DNA of 32,000 nt from the NCBI GenBank assembly GCA_964291315.2, contig OZ219753.1:1462768-1494767 (forward strand), in the 5' to 3' direction. Below, piece by piece: positions 1-7,868 of the stretch. Each line of letters starts with the position of its first letter. The first letter of the stretch is position 1. This DNA comes from Candidatus Poribacteria bacterium (GTDB taxonomy: Bacteria; Poribacteria; WGA-4E; WGA-3G). The notes under the pieces were generated by a model, which saw only the letters and a program-made list of their open reading frames with translations, was not told the DNA's origin and did not search any database. Position numbers and translations under genes: made by a program.

Positions 1-31
1 GTACTAATATTGCTAATAGAGAACTCTGTGT

Positions 32-448
32 CTATCTGCGCCTTGCCTTCATGTGTCCCCAGGTGACGCTCAAATGACTTGCATTTGGACTCACATCAAG
101 TCCGGTCGTTTTCATGTTATTCAGTACTTCTGCTGGCGTGAGAGCTCGGTCGTAGATGCGGAATTCGTCAATATACCCTTGGATTGTATCGCAATCGCAG
201 TCATCATAATAGAGACTTGCGCTTGTTGTGTTAGACGGCATATCGTCCAGTGAAATGATTCGATTCCAACTGTCGTCTAAGGCGTTGATAAGGACATAGA
301 TACGCTTACAGATCGCGCATGGCGCGTTCTCTCCGATCAGCTCTCCGGCGCTCACGCTCCTCGTCAGAGATTTGACCGTGTTGTTCAGAAACGACGGGCC
401 GGTATTCTGCGACCTCATGTCTCCGTTTGAATACTCGGAAGAAGTCAA
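32..448 (-). CDS. LamG / concanavalin-A-like lectin C-terminal fragment (possible frameshifted continuation of the upstream gene, or a gene remnant)
   Basis: The translation contains ...YYDDCDCDTIQGYIDEFRIYDRALTPAEVLNNM, the typical last strand and helix of LamG-type domains. The ORF-track start is a TTG (446-448). The frame is open only from 455. It overlaps the last 143 nt of the 306..1697 ORF. Confidence 0.35.
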   Translation of the reverse strand: MTSSEYSNGDMRSQNTGPSFLNNTVKSLTRSVSAGELIGENAPCAICKRIYVLINALDDSWNRIISLDDMPSNTTSASLYYDDCDCDTIQGYIDEFRIYDRALTPAEVLNNMKTTGLDVSPNASHLSVTWGHMKARRR

Positions 449-1697
449 AACGGGTTAAGGTCGGTGGAATGTTGCCTGGACACAGTGCATGTAGTCCGAC
501 ATGCACCGAACTGCCCATACCGACGTTAGTTTGTCCGCAGCTTTTCCACTGAATTCCGTCCCCGCTGGCGAAAGCAGAAAATTGGTTACCTCTCCGTTCT
601 ATGCGTAAGAAGAGCTCTCGGGCATTCCTGAGTCCGCTGCTCCGCCCACGTAGGTGGAGAACGCGGTTGACATGTCGTTCAAAGCGGACATCACCTCTGA
701 AAGCATGGGGACCGGAGGTTTTCTCCAAACGGAGAAATCGGTTTGGGTTCTTCCAAACCAGCAAACCGCCGTGTTCTCTGAGTTGCGGGGTGATGCGCAT
801 ACGAGTTTCTATTGCAAAATCTCCAGGTACTTCCATCAAGAGGCGCGGTGCGCTCATATCGCCGCTGTTACCGTCGCCACCGTGCCAGAGGTCTTGCCCG
901 GGCTCTGTCCGCATTTCAAGATAACCTTGGCGCTCCGTCCAGGAGCCGCCGCCCTTCGGATCGTCCCATCGCCATTCTGGACGCATCCGGTTACCAATGA
1001 ATTCGTCTTCGAACACCATCTCCGTGAATTCACCAGAGGATGCCCATCCTTCAATTTTAACAGCGGAGATAGAATCTCCGAAGTTCTGAGGTAGTAAATG
1101 TAGATTTGGCAATTCTTTTTTATACTCTGAGGGTTCCATACGGATTGCAAGGGGCGCACCTTCAAAGTCGGGATGTTCATAAAAGACGACTTCCGCGCCG
1201 TCTGATGGAAAATCAGGGCCTTTAAAAATACGGATCGACGAAATTCGGTCCTCAAACCAGCTCCTGCCTTGTGCGTCTCGTAGATTGGCGATATCGCGTA
1301 GGATCGTAATTTTCCTACCGCGGAAGTTGACATGCTCATAGCAGTCTACAATCAGCGGAATCGTCCCCCACTCGGGTCCTACAACTTCCAAGCTAGAGCC
1401 GAAGTTAATAGATGAAATTCGGTCGGCAAAATTGTAAGCGACATCGTGCAAATTCGGATAAAATCCGGGGCCGAGTGCCAATTTCTGACCCTGGAAGTTA
1501 CTATGCTGATAAAAAATAACCTTATAGTTCGGATTTGACGAGAAGCTTGGACCCTTATAGACACGCACAGAGGATATATTATCTTGAAACCCGATGTGGC
1601 CCGTGAACGGAACAGGTTCTATAACATATCCCATTCTACCCCGGAAATTTGTATGTTGGAACACCTCGACAACCAGGCGCGGTATAACAACTGGCAT
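306..1697 (-). CDS. beta/gamma-crystallin repeat protein with C-terminal concanavalin-A-like (DUF1349-like) beta-sandwich domain
   Basis: Four Greek-key signatures are present: VFQHTNFRGR..ISSVRV, FYQHSNFQGQ..ISSINF, CYEHVNFRGR..ISSIRI and FYEHPDFEGA..ISAVKI. They are followed by about 190 aa of WRWDDP..GYLEM..APRLL..GDFAIETR..GGLLVW..FLRLE..FDFFRVFK. There is no obvious signal peptide. The last ~39 aa are Arg/Glu-rich and low complexity. Confidence 0.75.
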   Translation of the reverse strand: MPVVIPRLVVEVFQHTNFRGRMGYVIEPVPFTGHIGFQDNISSVRVYKGPSFSSNPNYKVIFYQHSNFQGQKLALGPGFYPNLHDVAYNFADRISSINFGSSLEVVGPEWGTIPLIVDCYEHVNFRGRKITILRDIANLRDAQGRSWFEDRISSIRIFKGPDFPSDGAEVVFYEHPDFEGAPLAIRMEPSEYKKELPNLHLLPQNFGDSISAVKIEGWASSGEFTEMVFEDEFIGNRMRPEWRWDDPKGGGSWTERQGYLEMRTEPGQDLWHGGDGNSGDMSAPRLLMEVPGDFAIETRMRITPQLREHGGLLVWKNPNRFLRLEKTSGPHAFRGDVRFERHVNRVLHLRGRSSGLRNARELFLRIERRGNQFSAFASGDGIQWKSCGQTNVGMGSSVHVGLHALCPGNIPPTLTRFDFFRVFKRRHEVAEYRPVVSEQHGQISDEERERRRADRRERAMRDL

Positions 1698-1894
1698 TTT
1701 TGACTCCTTTTTTGATGTCTGTTAGTTATCGGGAAAAAAGAGTTTTCATTTCAGGGTGTCTGATTTCTGATACTAACAATTTATACTTACTTTCTGTCTT
1801 GTTATGTTTTTTATTCCCTCGGAAGAATGAACAATGCTTTTCACTAGGGATCTCTATCTGTCAGTTGTCGGATTTCAGAATTTAAGGAAGATTT

Positions 1895-1948
1895 AGTTAT
1901 CGGTTAAAGAGGCATCTGGTTAGCAAGAATGCCTGTTAACCGACAACT
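1895..1948 (-). other. extended imperfect palindrome (stem-loop) just downstream of the isomerase stop codon; possible transcript-end or stabiliser element
   Basis: AGTTATCGGTTAA (1895-1907) pairs with TTAACCGACAACT (1936-1948), 12/13, and the mismatch is a G-U wobble in the minus-strand RNA. An inner stem pairs GGCAT (1911-1915) with ATGCC (1929-1933) around a 13-nt loop. No U-tract follows on the minus strand, so it is not a canonical intrinsic terminator. Confidence 0.35.
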
Positions 1949-1960
1949 GATAACTGATAG

Positions 1961-2959
1961 CTATTCTTCGAATGCGGCATCAAATGCCACAGTCGACGGT
2001 TCAAAATCGTAGCCCTTGACAGCATTGCAAGATTCCCGGGCTCCGTGTTCCCTGTCCATACCACTGTCTTCCCACTCAATGGAGAGCGGGCCCTCGTACG
2101 CCATGTTGTTTAGGGCCCGAATAATATCTTCAAAATTGATGTTTCCGCGGCCAATAGATCGGAAGTCCCAATTCCTTCTAGCATCACCAAAGTTCAGGTG
2201 TCCACCAAACACCCCGGACAACCTCGGTGTATTTGCCCACCAGACATCCTTCATGTGCACATGGTAAATCCGATGACTCAACCGTTCAAGGAAGGCGACA
2301 TAGTCGACACCTTGGTATCCGAGATGGCTCGGGTCGTAGTTGAATCCGAACGTTTCTCTGCCGCTGACCGCCTCAACTGCACGTTCTGCAGTGACAATAT
2401 CAAAAGCGATTTCAGTGGGATGCACTTCGAGCCCAAATTTGACACCGACTTCATCAAAAACATCGAAAATCGGGCTCCAACGGTTAGCAAAATCTTCAAA
2501 CCCAGCATCAATTTGTGCAGGATCGTTCGGCGGGAAGGAGTACAACAGATGCCATATAGAACTCCCGGTGAAGCCGTTGACAACGTCTACACCGAGTTTC
2601 GCTGCTGCGCGCGCAGTGTTCTTCATTTCTTCGGCGGCACGTTCTTGAACGCCAATGGGATCACCATCCCCCCAAATTGCTTCTGACAAAATGCCCTGAT
2701 GGCGGCTGTCAATATTATCACAGACGGCTTGTCCAACAAGGTGATTACTGATTGCCCAGACTTTCAGTCCGTATTTCTCGAGGAGATCGTGTCTGCCCTG
2801 ACAGTAACTGTCGTCTGAGAGGGCTTTGTCGACTTCGAAATGATCGCCCCAGCAAGCGAGCTCTAAGCCATCATAGCCCCATCCACCCGCTTTTTCTGCT
2901 AATTCTTCTAATGTTAGATCTGTCCATTGGCCTGTAAAGAGTGTTACAGGTCTTGCCAT
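1961..2959 (-). CDS. sugar phosphate isomerase/epimerase (xylose-isomerase-like TIM barrel)
   Basis: 332-aa ORF of the family typically paired with Gfo/Idh/MocA oxidoreductases ([14 protein letters not shown]..., HPTEIAFD..., VHMKD...). An AAGGAGA RBS lies upstream of the ATG. Confidence 0.85.
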   Translation of the reverse strand: MARPVTLFTGQWTDLTLEELAEKAGGWGYDGLELACWGDHFEVDKALSDDSYCQGRHDLLEKYGLKVWAISNHLVGQAVCDNIDSRHQGILSEAIWGDGDPIGVQERAAEEMKNTARAAAKLGVDVVNGFTGSSIWHLLYSFPPNDPAQIDAGFEDFANRWSPIFDVFDEVGVKFGLEVHPTEIAFDIVTAERAVEAVSGRETFGFNYDPSHLGYQGVDYVAFLERLSHRIYHVHMKDVWWANTPRLSGVFGGHLNFGDARRNWDFRSIGRGNINFEDIIRALNNMAYEGPLSIEWEDSGMDREHGARESCNAVKGYDFEPSTVAFDAAFEE

Positions 2960-3071
2960 AATTGGTCTCCTTAATAGTAGTCTGTCGTAAATGTTAAAAA
3001 TAGAGAGAGGTTTCAGCGGATAACAGTTCCGCCCTTTGGCCCCCGGCCATTAGCAAATAGTAGCGATAAAA

Positions 3072-4061
3072 TTAACTGCGTGCCTGCAAACGCGCGATCT
3101 CCTCTTGGAGTCGGGCAATTTCTAATTCTGCTTTCTGGCGTGCAACGACTTGCTGTTCGGCGTGTGTTTCGGCCTGCTGCGCCCGTGCGGCTTGTTGTTC
3201 GGCGTGTGTTTCGGCTTGCTGCGCCCGTGCGGCTTGTTGTTCGGCGTGTGTTTCGGCTTGCTGCGCCCGTGCGGTTTGCTGTTCGGCGTGTGTTTCGGCC
3301 TGCTGCGCCCGTGCGGTTTGCTGTTCGGCGTGTGTTTCGGCCTGCTGCGCCCGTGTTTCGGCTTGCTCAGCACGCTCAGTTGCTGACTCGGCAGGAGTTT
3401 GCAGCCACTTACCTGCAACCGGGTCATAAATCCCTAAACCCACTTCATTACCAGTTGCGAAGTTATCGTCCCCTTCAAAATATTCACTTGCATCTGGGTC
3501 ATAAATTCCCACGCCTATAGCATCGACATGGAAATCTAAACCGAGGGCAGTAGAATGGACACTTCCGTCTGTCCCTGGCGAGATAGCCACATACCAGCCA
3601 TCAATCAAAGTAAATCCCATGAGAGACGATGGTAAGTATAGCCCCTCCACATCGTACAAGAAATAGTCTTGGATTCCCAATAAAGCATAGAGTTCCATCT
3701 TGCGACTCAAGTCGTTACGATAGGTGCTTTTGCTGGAGAACTCCATCGCGAAATCAGGCGCTTTTCCCTCCTTCCAGACGAGATACGTCCGCCGGGGTTT
3801 CTTACCTAAGCCGAAAGCAACTAGGGCATCTGGCGAGATCGACTTACGTGGATCGCCCTCGACATAATACATGAGGATATCCCCAGAAACATAAACTTCC
3901 GGCATATCTTTAAAATGTGCATCAAGGGCTGCTAAGGTCCGCGTGAGGATACGTCTGTGAAGGTCGCTAACCGCCATAGGTTTTCCATCCGAGTCGGGAT
4001 AAAGTTCCGCCTCCTCTGTAGGGGCATAAGGGATTTGGAGTCGGTGTCGATAGTTTTCCAT
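3072..4061 (-). CDS. Uma2-family (DUF820) putative restriction-type endonuclease with repeat-expanded coiled-coil C-terminus
   Basis: The N-terminal ~130 aa match the Uma2 pattern (SDGKPMAVSDLH..., PDALVAFG..., PDFAMEFSSKST = PD-(D/E)xK-like, LGIQDYFLYD). The C-terminus is AQQAETHAEQQxAR repeats followed by ELEIARLQEEIARLQ. An AAGGAGGG RBS is present. Confidence 0.8.
   Translation of the reverse strand: MENYRHRLQIPYAPTEEAELYPDSDGKPMAVSDLHRRILTRTLAALDAHFKDMPEVYVSGDILMYYVEGDPRKSISPDALVAFGLGKKPRRTYLVWKEGKAPDFAMEFSSKSTYRNDLSRKMELYALLGIQDYFLYDVEGLYLPSSLMGFTLIDGWYVAISPGTDGSVHSTALGLDFHVDAIGVGIYDPDASEYFEGDDNFATGNEVGLGIYDPVAGKWLQTPAESATERAEQAETRAQQAETHAEQQTARAQQAETHAEQQTARAQQAETHAEQQAARAQQAETHAEQQAARAQQAETHAEQQVVARQKAELEIARLQEEIARLQARS
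3138..3371 (-). repeat. in-frame tandem repeat, 42-bp unit x5 (plus a partial unit) inside the Uma2 CDS
   Basis: TTCGGCGTGTGTTTCGG recurs at 3156, 3198, 3240, 3282 and 3324, an exact 42-nt period. The unit encodes the 14-aa repeat AQQAETHAEQQ(T/A)AR. Confidence 0.95.
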
Positions 4062-4114
4062 GGAGATCCCTCCTTTTTTGTTTCATTCTATTTTCTGTGT
4101 AAACCGGTGTTCAA

Positions 4115-5287
4115 CTATTCAGGCGGTCTATAGCTGGCATCAATCCACCCACGTTGTTTACCGCTTTCAACAGCGGCATTGATGAAGTGGACACCGCGTG
4201 CCCCGTCTTGGACGGTCGGAAAATCTGTGTCAAATTCGCCTGGTGCCTCGCCTGCAATTTTTGCTGACATTGTCCGCGCAGCGTTAACATAGATATTCGC
4301 GAACGCCTCAATAAACGCCTCAGGGTGTCCGAAGGGTATCCGTGTATTGTGCTGAACGACCTCTGCCAAATAGTCGTTACCGCGCTTGTAGACCTGTTCG
4401 GGGCGGTCCGGAAATCGGACGTAGAGATAGTTTGGGTTCTCCTGCTGCCATTCTAAGGAGGCATCGGTGCCGTAGACGCGGATACGGAGGTTGTTTTCCT
4501 CACCTACTGAGATTTGCGAGGCATAAAGCACGCCGCGCACCCCATTTTCATAATGTACCAATAGGTTGCCATCATCTTCTAACAGACGTCCCTCTACAAA
4601 CGTGGTCATGTCGGCACATAGTTCTTCGATGTCGAGCCCAGTAATATAATGCGCCAAATTTTCTGCATGAGAACCAATATCTCCGATGCACGAAGAGGCA
4701 CCGGCTTGCTTGGGATCAGTGCGCCAGACGGCTTGTTTCGCGCCTTCGTCTTCCAAAAATGTGGCGAGCCATCCCTGTGGATATTCTACAACGATCTTCC
4801 GAAGTGTTCCGAGTTTCCCTTCTTTCACAAGTTGGCGCGCCTGCTTCACCATGGGGTAGCCGGTATAATTGTGCGTGAGGGCGAAGACGACATCATGCTC
4901 TTCGACGAGACGGCAGAGGATCTCGGCATCGGCAACAGTGGTCGTCATAGGTTTATCACAAACGATGTGAAAACCCGCCTCAATAAAGGTTTTAGCGACA
5001 TCGAAATGCACATGATTTGGGGTTACAATTGAGACAAAGTCAATACGTTCGTCTTCGGAAAGTTGTCTCTCTTTTTCTGCCATTTCCTTATAGGAGCCAT
5101 AAACCCTATTTGGATCTAAGAAGAGTTCAGCCCCTTGCTGGCGAGATTTTTCGGGAGAGGATGAGAATGCCCCGGCGACGAGGTCTATTTCCCCATCAAG
5201 CGCCGCGGCTTTTCGATGCACTGCACCGATGAACGCATCAGGACCCCCACCCACCATGCCATAACGGATTTTTCTACCAAGTGGCAT
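4115..5287 (-). CDS. Gfo/Idh/MocA family oxidoreductase
   Basis: N-terminal Rossmann motif IRYGMVGGGPDAFIG. A conserved (E/D)KP motif is present (IVCDKPMT). Length is typical at 390 aa. Confidence 0.9.
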   Translation of the reverse strand: MPLGRKIRYGMVGGGPDAFIGAVHRKAAALDGEIDLVAGAFSSSPEKSRQQGAELFLDPNRVYGSYKEMAEKERQLSEDERIDFVSIVTPNHVHFDVAKTFIEAGFHIVCDKPMTTTVADAEILCRLVEEHDVVFALTHNYTGYPMVKQARQLVKEGKLGTLRKIVVEYPQGWLATFLEDEGAKQAVWRTDPKQAGASSCIGDIGSHAENLAHYITGLDIEELCADMTTFVEGRLLEDDGNLLVHYENGVRGVLYASQISVGEENNLRIRVYGTDASLEWQQENPNYLYVRFPDRPEQVYKRGNDYLAEVVQHNTRIPFGHPEAFIEAFANIYVNAARTMSAKIAGEAPGEFDTDFPTVQDGARGVHFINAAVESGKQRGWIDASYRPPE

Positions 5288-5344
5288 CTTGTGTAATTTC
5301 TCCTTTGTTGTTTGAACAGATATTTTGATTCTATCTATATTATC

Positions 5345-7093
5345 TCATATCTTATCCTTTTTTTCAAGATCTTTTGAGGCATTGGTCTGCTTTCCACGCC
5401 CCGATTTCGCGTTGTGATGAGGCTGTGATTGGTCTGTAATAACCGTCTCCTCGCCGAGCATGTCGATGATTTTTACGGCTACGCGGGCATCACGGCGCGG
5501 AAGCGTTACCCTATATTGCCCCTCAACAAAATCGGACTTTCTCTCTGGCACATCACTCTCAACAATTGTGAAATGCTCGCCACTATAGTCTGCGTCAATC
5601 AGAACACAATCAATCTGTGCACGAAAGTCACCCAGCTGTTCGTCAAAGATAGTGCGGTCTAGCTCCATCCGTGCCAAGATGCTCGGGCTTAGGTAATCTG
5701 ACAACGTAATCTTGACGATGAGCCCCACTCTTTCAAAGCTAACCTCTGCTTCAGCAGGGGCATACGTCGTGATACCTTCGCGTTGAATATCACGAACAAT
5801 GAGCTTGTTAATCGGACGATGCCGGTTGGCTCTATCAAGTTCTGCTTGTATGCCGACTTCACTGCCGTTGCACAAGACTGTGATGTTGCGGGTCTCGTCT
5901 GGCGAGTTTCGGAGTTCGTCTTTGATGAGCTGGATATCCAAGCGTGTGAGCGGTTTTCCGAGATCAGCGATTTTGACCAGCGTGCCATCGAGGGTGCCGT
6001 CAAAGAAGGCGGCTTTCCTGTCGGTTTGCACGCCGTATTTAGCGATGAGGATCTGTCTGAGTTCGTGCTGGGTCTGAAAATCGTAGTTATTGATGCGGTA
6101 GTGTGCGATGCCGCGGGTTTGGTGGCTGCTGTTTTGTATTCGTTTGAGAGTTGTCTGTATGGCACCTTTATTGAGGTCAGCGGCGATCCAGCGTCTGCCG
6201 AGTTTGTCGGCTACAGCGGGGGTTGTGCCGCTGCCGACAAAGCAGTCGAGAACAATGGAGTCTTCATTCGTTGATGCGTTAAGAATACGGTCAAGCAGGG
6301 CCTCAGGCTTTTGCGTAGGGTAGTCTTCTCTTTCTTTAGACACATTAATGATGGGTTTTATGTCGTCCCACGTGTCTCTGATATATACGTCTGCAAAATA
6401 GCGACCTTTTTCATCTACCTGTTCATTAAAGAAGGGTTTCTCATAAAAGATACGTTCTTGTAAAGTATGGTGTACATATTTGCTTGACTTAGCATAAAAT
6501 AATAATACATCGTGTTTTCGAGGCCAGGAATTTTTTCCAACTCCGCCTGTACGATAAGACCATATTATTTCATTTTTAAAATTGTCTTCACCAAAAACTT
6601 CATCCAGCAGAAATCTCAAATGATGGGTTTTGCGCCAGTCACAATGTAGATAGAGACTCCCTTTTTCGCTGAGGAGTTCACGCATCAAGAGGAGTCTTTC
6701 ATACATAAATTGGAGGTAGTTGTCATTTGCCCAGATGTCGGTGTATTGTGTCTGCTCAATAACAGTGTGGCCTTCACCTTCTAAGTTCCTCTGATCACCG
6801 CGTAATTTTACTTTTCGCACATAATCTGCCCCGCTAGCAAATGGGGGATCGATATAAATAAGGTCTATCTTCCCACGGAAACCCTGCACAAGAAGTGTGG
6901 AGAGGATCTCCTTGTTATCTCCGTGAAAAATCAGGTTGGGGCCTTCCAAAAATTTATTGTAAGTCGGCTCTCTCTCTGGATTTTCAACGTTATAGGTTTC
7001 TATGAGTTGTGCGGGATAGGCGTTGACTGTGTCGATAGGGCGTTTGCCGACCCAGTGCAGCATCGCTCTCCCTTTAATAGGTGTGATTTTCAT
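5345..7093 (-). CDS. mod: site-specific DNA methyltransferase, beta-class N6/N4 (type III Mod-like), paralog 1
   Basis: Motif IV IYIDPPF precedes motif I LDCFVGSGTT. YPTQKPEALLDRIL is present. A long conserved C-terminal domain ends ...VAVKIIDMLGEE. A Lys-rich 28-aa tail is absent from paralog 2. Confidence 0.9.
   Translation of the reverse strand: MKITPIKGRAMLHWVGKRPIDTVNAYPAQLIETYNVENPEREPTYNKFLEGPNLIFHGDNKEILSTLLVQGFRGKIDLIYIDPPFASGADYVRKVKLRGDQRNLEGEGHTVIEQTQYTDIWANDNYLQFMYERLLLMRELLSEKGSLYLHCDWRKTHHLRFLLDEVFGEDNFKNEIIWSYRTGGVGKNSWPRKHDVLLFYAKSSKYVHHTLQERIFYEKPFFNEQVDEKGRYFADVYIRDTWDDIKPIINVSKEREDYPTQKPEALLDRILNASTNEDSIVLDCFVGSGTTPAVADKLGRRWIAADLNKGAIQTTLKRIQNSSHQTRGIAHYRINNYDFQTQHELRQILIAKYGVQTDRKAAFFDGTLDGTLVKIADLGKPLTRLDIQLIKDELRNSPDETRNITVLCNGSEVGIQAELDRANRHRPINKLIVRDIQREGITTYAPAEAEVSFERVGLIVKITLSDYLSPSILARMELDRTIFDEQLGDFRAQIDCVLIDADYSGEHFTIVESDVPERKSDFVEGQYRVTLPRRDARVAVKIIDMLGEETVITDQSQPHHNAKSGRGKQTNASKDLEKKDKI
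5390..7093 (-). repeat. copy A of a mosaic direct duplication (mod)
   Basis: 5390-6262 aligns with 7912-8784 and 6635-7093 aligns with 9178-9636, with only scattered substitutions. The central segment 6263-6634 shows no evident similarity to 8785-9177. Confidence 0.9.
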
Positions 7094-7151
7094 AAAGGTT
7101 CTCTATAATTTGTGTATTCACTTCGGAGGTTTCCAAATACCCACCGCTGTT

Positions 7152-7373
7152 TTAAGTGCTGACTTCAGCGAGTTGTTCTACCAATTCGCTCGGGTGAATT
7201 GATAGATACTCTCTGACCTCCAAATTCATCCTGTCAATTTCGGCAAGAAAACCACCGACGGACAGGCGATAATTTCGCGGATTGGTTTCGACCTCTCGGA
7301 GTTTTTCGATCTGCCTTTGAAAGTGTCTAATGCGTGCTAACGTTGCCTCAAGTTCTTGAGTGTTCCGAATCAT
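7152..7373 (-). CDS. 73-aa helical, charged hypothetical protein; partner of the upstream nucleotidyltransferase
   Basis: The ATG at 7371-7373 lies 26 nt inside the 3' end of the NTase ORF, a translational-coupling layout. The sequence MIRNTQELEATLARIRHFQRQIEKLREVE... has no HTH or enzymatic motif that I recognise. Confidence 0.45.
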   Translation of the reverse strand: MIRNTQELEATLARIRHFQRQIEKLREVETNPRNYRLSVGGFLAEIDRMNLEVREYLSIHPSELVEQLAEVST

Positions 7374-7812
7374 TATGAATCACCTCAACTATGCCGCGTC
7401 TTGTGTTGTCGCGTCTCATCTGCCAATACTCAACCGTTTCTTGTTCACTGCTGAACGCTGCCAGCTTGCGAATCCAGAAAACACTTGCCCCTAAAACATC
7501 TTGGGCATCTTGATGGTCGAAAATGAGGGCAGCTTCACCATGTACCTGATCTGCATCAAACGAATCCTCCATTAGTAGAAAGATATCTATATCACCAGGA
7601 GTAGGCTTAGCTGTCACGAAAGAGCCGAATACGATAAACCTTGCTACTTTTCCGGTACTGTTTACTAACATGTAAATACGTTCCAATCGTCGTCCAAGGA
7701 GGATTCTTTGCACACTTTTGGTACCAAAATGCTGCAAAATTTCAGTCAACGTCGCTTGATAAATCCCTATTGGGAGATCGCCTTTGTTGTCAAATTCAGG
7801 CCATTTTTTCAT
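7348..7812 (-). CDS. minimal nucleotidyltransferase-fold protein (Pol-beta superfamily, MNT/DUF6932-like)
   Basis: Signature hG[GS]-x9-D-x-D is present in FIVFGSFVTAKPTPGDIDIFLL, followed by the acidic stretch MEDSFDAD. The protein is 154 aa. It lies between the two mod paralogs. Confidence 0.7.
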   Translation of the reverse strand: MKKWPEFDNKGDLPIGIYQATLTEILQHFGTKSVQRILLGRRLERIYMLVNSTGKVARFIVFGSFVTAKPTPGDIDIFLLMEDSFDADQVHGEAALIFDHQDAQDVLGASVFWIRKLAAFSSEQETVEYWQMRRDNTRRGIVEVIHNDSEHSRT

Positions 7813-7868
7813 GTGGATTCGAGTTTAGTTTACCGTTACGTTAGTGTCCTAACAATATTTTCTTATAA

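Noticed and set aside
601-1094. Plus-strand ORFs antisense to the crystallin gene (601..924, 654..1094 and 812..1000).
   Set aside because: They are Arg/Ser/Pro-rich, typical of antisense frames, and they lie inside a strongly supported minus-strand CDS.
3080-3520. Repeat-rich ORFs in other frames or on the other strand across the 42-bp tandem repeat (3080..3520 +, 3150..3386 +, 3122..3427 -). The repeat was also briefly considered as a CRISPR-like array.
   Set aside because: The periodic peptide sequences are frame artefacts of the tandem repeat inside the Uma2 CDS. The units are contiguous with no unique spacers, so this is not a CRISPR array.
5288-5344. Searched the island edges (5288-5344 and 12764-12797) for tRNA genes, att-like direct repeats, or integrase and transposase remnants.
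   Set aside because: None was recognised. The edges are short ordinary spacers with RBSs, so no mobile-element call is made for the R-M island.
5783-6274. Long plus-strand ORFs antisense to the mod genes (5783..6274 and 5799..6077, with near-identical twins at 8305..8859 and 8321..8599).
   Set aside because: They lie entirely inside well-supported minus-strand methyltransferase CDSs. They have no recognisable motifs. They are duplicated only because the underlying mod DNA is duplicated.
7152-7373. An R-x5-H match (REYLSIH) in the 73-aa partner ORF, which could suggest a HEPN RNase toxin paired with an MNT-type NTase.
   Set aside because: At 73 aa the protein is well below the size of known HEPN domains. 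A single short motif match is expected by chance. I keep it only as a hypothesis to test structurally and do not call it.
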